From: a virus
Taxonomy: Duplodnaviria > Caudoviricetes
Length of the DNA stretch: 64,000 bases
Virus record (IMG/VR): IMGVR_UViG_3300024255_001563
Span: 96,001-160,000 of that record
Strand: one strand, 5' to 3'
The notes under the pieces are model-generated. The model ran no database searches, was not told the DNA's origin, and saw nothing but the letters and a program-made list of their open reading frames with translations. The position numbers and the translations under genes were made by a program. Numbering within the stretch: position 1 is the stretch's first letter; every line of letters begins with the position of its first letter. Positions 58,105 through 64,000 of the stretch are shown here, one piece after another.

Positions 58105-58915
58105 TAGAATAGTAGCATATGGGTGTAGTATTACTTCAGGATTTGAACTTGCAGATTACGAACTAATGCCATCTTTAAATTTTGTTGAAATAAATAAAAT
58201 AAAAGCAAAGGGAGTCGAATTCTGGAGAGACAAAATTGAAAGCAAATACTCTCTTGAATATATTGACAGTAGAGAACATAATCACGCCTGGCCGCAGCAT
58301 TTAGCAAACAAACTTAATGTTGACGTAGTTAATAGAGCTTATCCAGGAAGTAATAGTGAGTCGTCTATATATTTTTTAGAGGAAGATATTAGTAGAGGTT
58401 TTATAAAACCTACTGATCTTATAATTGTTGCTCATACAGAAAGTTCGAGATGGTTCTATCTTGACAAAGAATGCAAAAAACATCATTGTTGTCCAGGCGG
58501 CCTACCAAAAGAGTGGAATTCACAGCTATCGCACAGATTAAGATGGCCGTCGAAATCGTTTCATAAAGATTATGTTTTACATGTATCTAACGATTTTAAC
58601 GATATGTTTCGATGGTTTAAAGATATAAAGTATCTAGAAATGCTATCAAAAAAACATAATATTTTACAAGTTTTTGCATTCACCCCGTTTTTAACTCAGT
58701 TACACAATAACATTAACAAGTTTAAAGAATACAATTTATTAAATGCATATAACTCAGTTAAAGAATTTAATTCTATATTAGATAACTACTTTTCTTTTAA
58801 TGATTTAGTTAATTGGGATGATTCTAGTCAATTGCATACATACACGCATCCTAAAGAAGAATATCATATAGAGTACGCAAATTATATATACAAAAAAATA
58901 AAAGACAGGCAGTAG
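58097..58915 (+). CDS. SGNH/GDSL hydrolase-like protein (acyl-transferase/esterase)
   Basis: IVAYGCSITSG (block I), AWPQHLA, VVNRAYPGS (block II), C-terminal THP...H..YA (block V). Confidence 0.65.
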   Translation: MYNRIVAYGCSITSGFELADYELMPSLNFVEINKIKAKGVEFWRDKIESKYSLEYIDSREHNHAWPQHLANKLNVDVVNRAYPGSNSESSIYFLEEDISRGFIKPTDLIIVAHTESSRWFYLDKECKKHHCCPGGLPKEWNSQLSHRLRWPSKSFHKDYVLHVSNDFNDMFRWFKDIKYLEMLSKKHNILQVFAFTPFLTQLHNNINKFKEYNLLNAYNSVKEFNSILDNYFSFNDLVNWDDSSQLHTYTHPKEEYHIEYANYIYKKIKDRQ

Positions 58916-60004
58916 ATGTTTAACTTTGAAAATTTAGAAAAGGCACAAGTCGAAATAACCAATCGTTGCCAAGCTAGCTGTCCAATGTGCTTAAGGAATA
59001 TTCACGGCGGTATAGAAAATCCTAATCTAACTAGTCATGATTGGACATTAGAAGATTTTAAAGAAATATTTACACCAAAAATTTTACAACAATTAAAGCG
59101 TATAGACTTTTGCGGAGATTTTGGAGAACCTACAGTTAATAATGATTTAATTAGCATGTGTGCTTATATTAAACAGCAAAATCCTGAACTAGAAACTGCT
59201 ATTTTTACTAACGGTAGCACAAGAACACTAGGCTGGTGGAAACGCCTAGCACAGGCGCTTACAGTGCGTCACAAGGTAGAATTTGCACTAGATGGACTTA
59301 GTGATACGCATAGTTTATATAGAGTCGGAACAGACTATGATAAGATTACTAAAAATGCACAAGCATTTGCAAAAGCCGGTGGATATGCAGTATGGATGTT
59401 TATAAGATTTAAACATAACCAAGAACAAGTAAAAGACGCAGAAATTATATCTAGAAAGTTTGGGTTTTCAGAGTTTCATGTTAAAAACAGCAAACGATTT
59501 GGAGATACCTTTCCAGTATTAGATAAACAAGGCAATGTAACACATTATTTAGATCAGCCAGATGTTACACCTATCAAGTTCTTTGATAAAAATGATTTGT
59601 TATCTTACAAATCTTGGCCTGAAGCAGAAAAAGTTAATTGTATGGTGTTACACGATAAAGAAATTTATATAGATGCTAACTTTACAGTATTACCGTGCTG
59701 TCTGCTTGGTAGTTTTTTATATGCAAACTATGATGAAGTTTTATATAAAAAGTATGATGTATATAAGCATTCATCTATTGTAGATGTAGGAAAAATTGCA
59801 CAAAAGGAAACTTATAGAATTGTAGAAGAACTTGGCGGATTACAAGCATTAGATGCAAAAAAAGGTTTAGAAAATATTGTTAATGATCCTAAATGGCAAA
59901 CTATTTGGCAAAGAGAATGGAGTAACAAAACATCTCCTGCATGTATTGTATTATGCGGAAAAAATACTCCATTAACACGGGTCGAAGATCAGGTAGAGCG
60001 ATAA
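58916..60004 (+). CDS. Radical SAM protein 7 (C-terminal twitch)
   Basis: CQASCPMC, FCGDFGEP; C-terminal VNC...LPCC...ACIVLC. Confidence 0.9.
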   Translation: MFNFENLEKAQVEITNRCQASCPMCLRNIHGGIENPNLTSHDWTLEDFKEIFTPKILQQLKRIDFCGDFGEPTVNNDLISMCAYIKQQNPELETAIFTNGSTRTLGWWKRLAQALTVRHKVEFALDGLSDTHSLYRVGTDYDKITKNAQAFAKAGGYAVWMFIRFKHNQEQVKDAEIISRKFGFSEFHVKNSKRFGDTFPVLDKQGNVTHYLDQPDVTPIKFFDKNDLLSYKSWPEAEKVNCMVLHDKEIYIDANFTVLPCCLLGSFLYANYDEVLYKKYDVYKHSSIVDVGKIAQKETYRIVEELGGLQALDAKKGLENIVNDPKWQTIWQREWSNKTSPACIVLCGKNTPLTRVEDQVER

Positions 60005-60013
60005 GTAGATATA

Positions 60014-61096
60014 ATGATAAACTTTAATCAACTTAAACAAATCCATTTAGAAATTACAAATAACTGTCAAGCAAGTTGTCCTATGTGTACTAGAAATATT
60101 CACGGAGGACTTAAAAATCCTAATATTAATAAACGTGGATGGACACTTGATGACTATAAAAAAATTATATCTCCAGAAGTTATAGAGCAAATTGAAAATG
60201 TTTACTTTTGTGGAAACTATGGCGATCCATTATTGAACGACCAATTGCTCGAAATGGTCGAGTATACTACTTCTATTAAAAAAGATATCAAAATTACTAT
60301 ACATACTAATGGTAGTTTAAGAAGCAAAGAATGGTGGACAAACTTAGCAAAAGTTATGCCTAATAGTCATAGAGTAGTTTTTGCTATAGATGGATTAGAA
60401 GATACACAAACAATTTATAGAATTGGTACTAGTTACGAAAAAATAATCGAAAATGCAAAAGCATTTATAGATGCCGGCGGCATTGCAGAATGGGCTTATA
60501 TAAGATTTAAACATAACGAACATCAAGTAGAAGAAGCAAGACATCGAGCAATTGATATAGGGTTTGAATACTTTACAATGAAAGATAGTTCGCGGTGGTT
60601 AATGGAACCTAAATTTAAAGTCTTGGATAAACAAGGTAATATTGATTATTATTTAGAACCAAGTCAACATTCAACTATTAAAATTGTTGATACCGATATT
60701 ATTGGAAATTATAAAAGTATTTTAGAAAAAACAGAAATTAATTGTTATGCAAAACATGTAAAAGAAGTTTACATAGATTCTTATGGGCATGTATTTCCGT
60801 GTTGTTGGCTTGCAATGATTCCGTATCATCCTAAAGATTTGGAACACGAATTACATGAAATTCGAGAAGCAATTTATGCAGAATATTTTGACTTAGTTAA
60901 ATCACTAGGTGGTATAGACGCATTAGACGTAAAGAAAAAACCGTTGAAGGATATTATTAATTCAGACGAATATCAAAATGTTTGGAATAGTTATTGGACG
61001 GATAAAAAATTAATTACTTGCGGCAGAGCTTGCGGAATACAACCTGAATTGTTTTCTACGCCGCAGGACCAATTTACAAGTAGGGAAGAGCTATGA
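60014..61096 (+). CDS. Radical SAM protein 8 (tandem paralog of 7)
   Basis: CQASCPMC, FCGNYGDP; INC...FPCC...TCGRAC. Confidence 0.9.
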   Translation: MINFNQLKQIHLEITNNCQASCPMCTRNIHGGLKNPNINKRGWTLDDYKKIISPEVIEQIENVYFCGNYGDPLLNDQLLEMVEYTTSIKKDIKITIHTNGSLRSKEWWTNLAKVMPNSHRVVFAIDGLEDTQTIYRIGTSYEKIIENAKAFIDAGGIAEWAYIRFKHNEHQVEEARHRAIDIGFEYFTMKDSSRWLMEPKFKVLDKQGNIDYYLEPSQHSTIKIVDTDIIGNYKSILEKTEINCYAKHVKEVYIDSYGHVFPCCWLAMIPYHPKDLEHELHEIREAIYAEYFDLVKSLGGIDALDVKKKPLKDIINSDEYQNVWNSYWTDKKLITCGRACGIQPELFSTPQDQFTSREEL

Positions 61097-62505
61097 AAGA
61101 TTTATATTGGCTACAAGACGAAAATAGTCGAATGGGAAAAGGACAGCGAGATGTTTTTGAAAAAACAGGATCTTATACATTTTGCGCACTTCCTTGGATA
61201 CATATAGCAACAAGACCTAACGGTGATGCTAGACTTTGCTGTGTAACAAATGCATCAGGTGCTCATACAGGAGATCACGAAGTTGGTCTTGTTAAAATGG
61301 AAAATGGTGAGCCTGCAAACTTTGGTAAAGATTCATTAAAAGAAGCATTTAATAATGACTACATGTGTAGTGTAAGAAAAACAATGATAGAAGGTAAAAT
61401 ACCTGCTAGTTGTACAAAGTGCTTTGAAGAAGAATCAAACGGAGTTGTAAGTAAACGTCTCTGGGAATTACATGAATGGAACAACGATGGGTTGGATTTT
61501 GCACAGCTAATAAAAGATACAAGCGAAGATGGAAAGATTCCGCACGAAATACAATATTTTGATTTAAGATTAGGTCATACTTGTAACTTGAAGTGTGTAA
61601 TGTGTAGTCCGCACGATAGCAGTCGATGGATGGAAGACTACGAAAAGATTATAGCAACCTCAAACAGTCAAACAGTTATACGACAAATAAGTTGGGATAA
61701 AACAAAGTTTAATAATAAATGGTACGAAAAGCCAGAACTTTGGGAAGAAATTTTTGAACAAATACCACATATTAAACAGTTGTATTTTGCTGGCGGTGAG
61801 CCTTTAATGATTAAAGAACATAGAAAATTTTTATTAGAAATAATTAAAAGAGGATATGCTAAAAATATATGTTTACGATATAACTCTAATGGTGTCTTTG
61901 TAAATCAAGATATGATCGATATTTGGACAGAATTTAAACAAGTTAGATTTGCATTTAGTTTAGATGCAGTCGACGAACGTAACTATTATATTAGATACCC
62001 TACTAAGTGGAAAGATGTAGAGCGTAGTTTAGAGTTAATGGATAATACTCCGGATCATATACATTGTCATATTGCCTGTGCAGTACAGGCATTAAATGTA
62101 AAACATATTGTTCACTTTGCAAAATGGAAACTTACTAAAGGCTATAAGAAAATTAATAAGTTTAAAACAGATATCTATGAAGCAGGTGGCGGAATAATTA
62201 ATCTACATTTACTGTACATTCCTACATTTTTAAGTGCAAGGATATTACCTGAAAAAGACAAACAAGAAATACGTGAACAGTTTGCAGAGTTTAAACAGTG
62301 GCTTTGGGACAATTATACACAAGATGATAACTTTTGGCACGAAAATCCTTATGGTTGGAAACGTTGGGAAGGTATATTAAGATTTATCGACGCAGAAGAT
62401 CATTCACACTTATTACCTGACTTTAAAGATTATGTTAATAACCTTGATAAAATTAGAGGCTTAAATGCAAAAGAAGTATTTCCAGAATTGAAACATTTGC
62501 TATGA
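61093..62505 (+). CDS. Radical SAM protein 9 (N-terminal twitch-like)
   Basis: CNLKCVMC, FAGGEPL; FCALPW..LCC..SCTKC. Confidence 0.9.
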   Translation: MKDLYWLQDENSRMGKGQRDVFEKTGSYTFCALPWIHIATRPNGDARLCCVTNASGAHTGDHEVGLVKMENGEPANFGKDSLKEAFNNDYMCSVRKTMIEGKIPASCTKCFEEESNGVVSKRLWELHEWNNDGLDFAQLIKDTSEDGKIPHEIQYFDLRLGHTCNLKCVMCSPHDSSRWMEDYEKIIATSNSQTVIRQISWDKTKFNNKWYEKPELWEEIFEQIPHIKQLYFAGGEPLMIKEHRKFLLEIIKRGYAKNICLRYNSNGVFVNQDMIDIWTEFKQVRFAFSLDAVDERNYYIRYPTKWKDVERSLELMDNTPDHIHCHIACAVQALNVKHIVHFAKWKLTKGYKKINKFKTDIYEAGGGIINLHLLYIPTFLSARILPEKDKQEIREQFAEFKQWLWDNYTQDDNFWHENPYGWKRWEGILRFIDAEDHSHLLPDFKDYVNNLDKIRGLNAKEVFPELKHLL

Positions 62506-63539
62506 CAACCCCTATTAAGATAAAATCTACTAGAGAAGACTCTTATCTAGATATTAGATGGATGCCTAATAACGTTTGTAATTTTAAATGCAGATACTGT
62601 TTTCCAGGTAGTAATGACGGGGACTATCCTAGCCCTAAAGATATAAATCTTATTATAAAAAACTTCAAACATTTGTTAACTGTTTATAAAGAGCAGTTAG
62701 GAAAAACAAAAACACATATTGAAATTATGGGGGGAGAGCCTACACTTTGGAGAGATCTTGATATATTCGTACAAGAAATTAAAAAAGATCACAATGTTTA
62801 TATTAGTCTTATAACTAATGGGTCACGAACATTGCGGTGGTGGAAAGAAAAAGGACACCTCGTAGACAATATTCATTTGACACATCATGTTGCTCAGGCA
62901 AACTTAGATCACACAATTGGTGTAGCAGATGCTATGTATGATTTAGGAAAGAAAATTACTGTAAAAGTTTTGATGGATCCTACTTGTTGGGACGATTGTG
63001 TAGATGCTGTAGAATATTTAAAAAGGAACAGCAAACACAAATGGTTTGTTACAGTAGCAGAAGTAATAGAAACGGAATCAACTACGTTAAACGACATTAG
63101 AATAATAACCACTGATGATTTAAAGTATACTCCGGAACAGAAAAAGTATATGAAATGGGGTATAAAACAATTACCTAATTTTAAATGGTTTTGGAATAAC
63201 AGAAATCTTATAGCAAACGGTGAAATTAGATATACTGAAAGTGTTGCTACACTAGAAAACAATAAAAAGGTAAGAGCAGAGTCCGGAACTTACATTAATA
63301 AAAATTGGAACAATTTTAAAGGATGGAGTTGCAACATTGGCGTAGATAGTATCTTTATTAATTGGGACGGAACACTTAAAGGATCTTGTGGAGAGTTTCT
63401 TTACGGTTTGAATTATTACTACAACATACTTGACAACGACTTCGAACAAAAATTTGATACGGAAATAAAGCCAACTATATGTTCAAAGTTTAATTGTATT
63501 TGTGCTCCTGAAACACATCTAACTAAGAAGAAACTTTAG
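62502..63539 (+). CDS. Radical SAM protein 10 (C-terminal twitch/SPASM)
   Basis: CNFKCRYC, MGGEPT; WSCNIG...GSC...CSKFNCIC. Confidence 0.9.
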   Translation: MTTPIKIKSTREDSYLDIRWMPNNVCNFKCRYCFPGSNDGDYPSPKDINLIIKNFKHLLTVYKEQLGKTKTHIEIMGGEPTLWRDLDIFVQEIKKDHNVYISLITNGSRTLRWWKEKGHLVDNIHLTHHVAQANLDHTIGVADAMYDLGKKITVKVLMDPTCWDDCVDAVEYLKRNSKHKWFVTVAEVIETESTTLNDIRIITTDDLKYTPEQKKYMKWGIKQLPNFKWFWNNRNLIANGEIRYTESVATLENNKKVRAESGTYINKNWNNFKGWSCNIGVDSIFINWDGTLKGSCGEFLYGLNYYYNILDNDFEQKFDTEIKPTICSKFNCICAPETHLTKKKL

Positions 63540-63999
63540 TTAACGGAATATCAGCAGCACAAGTACACCACTTACGTGTACAAGTAATTGGTTCTAAAGG
63601 TTGTTTAAACGTACCATTATAAATATTTCCTAGACTACCGCCTACTCTACAAGTAGCACGATGAACCTCGCCGTCCCAATTGATCATCAGACTTTCTAAA
63701 CCTGCATTACAAGTCCAGCCCTCGAATTGATTTAGTTTATGTTTAATAATATCATTAGCATGTATCATATCTTTTCCGTCTATGACGCAGTTTGCCTTCA
63801 CAGTTGCAGTTTTACTAAGTATCCATTCTAAGTCTTGTCCGTTATACCTCATATCGTCAAACCATTCTCGATCGTCAGCATCAGTCCATCGTATTCGTCT
63901 ACACACATACGGAATACGATGACTTTCAAGCAATGATGCTACATCGCGTACTTGATTCATATATTCATGATGACACATTAAGTTAACTTGAAATAGCGT
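63523..63999 (-). CDS. Radical SAM protein 11, C-terminal twitch/SPASM part; runs off the right edge
   Basis: GWTCNAG.ESL.I.WDG.V.RATC...GN...CTRKWCTC matches the C-termini of proteins 6 and 10. The frame stays open upstream of ATG 63978 (TLFQVNL) to the edge. Confidence 0.75.
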   Translation of the reverse strand, partial: TLFQVNLMCHHEYMNQVRDVASLLESHRIPYVCRRIRWTDADDREWFDDMRYNGQDLEWILSKTATVKANCVIDGKDMIHANDIIKHKLNQFEGWTCNAGLESLMINWDGEVHRATCRVGGSLGNIYNGTFKQPLEPITCTRKWCTCAADIPLTKVSS

Positions 64000-64000
64000 A

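Noticed and set aside
905-63449. Numerous 60-170 aa ORFs nested in or antisense to long genes (e.g. 3439..3744, 15604..15999, 33993..34460, 51173..51673)
   Set aside because: They are shadow frames of well-supported genes, are Ser/Leu-rich and have no RBS or motifs.
42830-63539. RiPP (radical SAM-modified peptide) cluster
   Set aside because: There is no short precursor ORF with an RBS, and no RRE/PqqD-like domain, peptidase or transporter recognised. The accompanying enzymes point to carbohydrates. A precursor outside the window cannot be excluded.
46797-63999. Queuosine/7-deazaguanine (QueE) or anaerobic RNR activase (NrdG) assignment for the radical SAM genes
   Set aside because: The QueC/QueD/FolE/DpdA and NrdD partners are absent here, and the proteins carry twitch-type extra Cys sets unlike those enzymes.
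1-64000. Stop-codon reassignment, as seen in some large phages
   Set aside because: Code 11 gives long, tightly packed ORFs including a 5266-aa one, and TAA, TGA and TAG all terminate genes at sensible boundaries.
1-64000. CRISPR arrays, tRNA genes, IS elements or a diversity-generating retroelement
   Set aside because: I saw no regularly spaced direct repeats, cloverleaf, transposase or reverse transcriptase by eye.

Overview
This is a 64-kb piece of an AT-rich, large T4-like myophage genome using the standard genetic code. It is probably a jumbo phage; the host cannot be identified from sequence. 1-4.6 kb: a portal gene running off the left edge and missed by the ORF track, a tape-measure-like gene, and a tail assembly chaperone pair joined by a likely programmed -1 frameshift. 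4.7-9.4 kb (minus strand): a roughly 400-nt structured non-coding region directly behind a compact GIY-YIG nuclease, then gp46/gp47 (Rad50/Mre11) and a gp55-like late sigma factor. 9.5-42.8 kb (plus strand): a contractile-tail baseplate and fibre module (gp53, gp27, gp5, gp25 and gp6-like genes, a 5266-aa giant protein and three paralogous fibres), marked by T4-like late promoters with a TAAATA core. 42.8-64 kb: a tightly coupled enzyme island of about 21 kb behind perfect sigma70 promoters. It holds at least 11 radical SAM/twitch proteins, several GT-A glycosyltransferase-like proteins, a GNAT/MCD-like protein, a methyltransferase and an SGNH protein. The best candidates for undescribed systems are this radical SAM/glycosyltransferase island and the GIY-YIG plus structured RNA unit. 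All protein calls come from motif recognition by eye; no database search was run.
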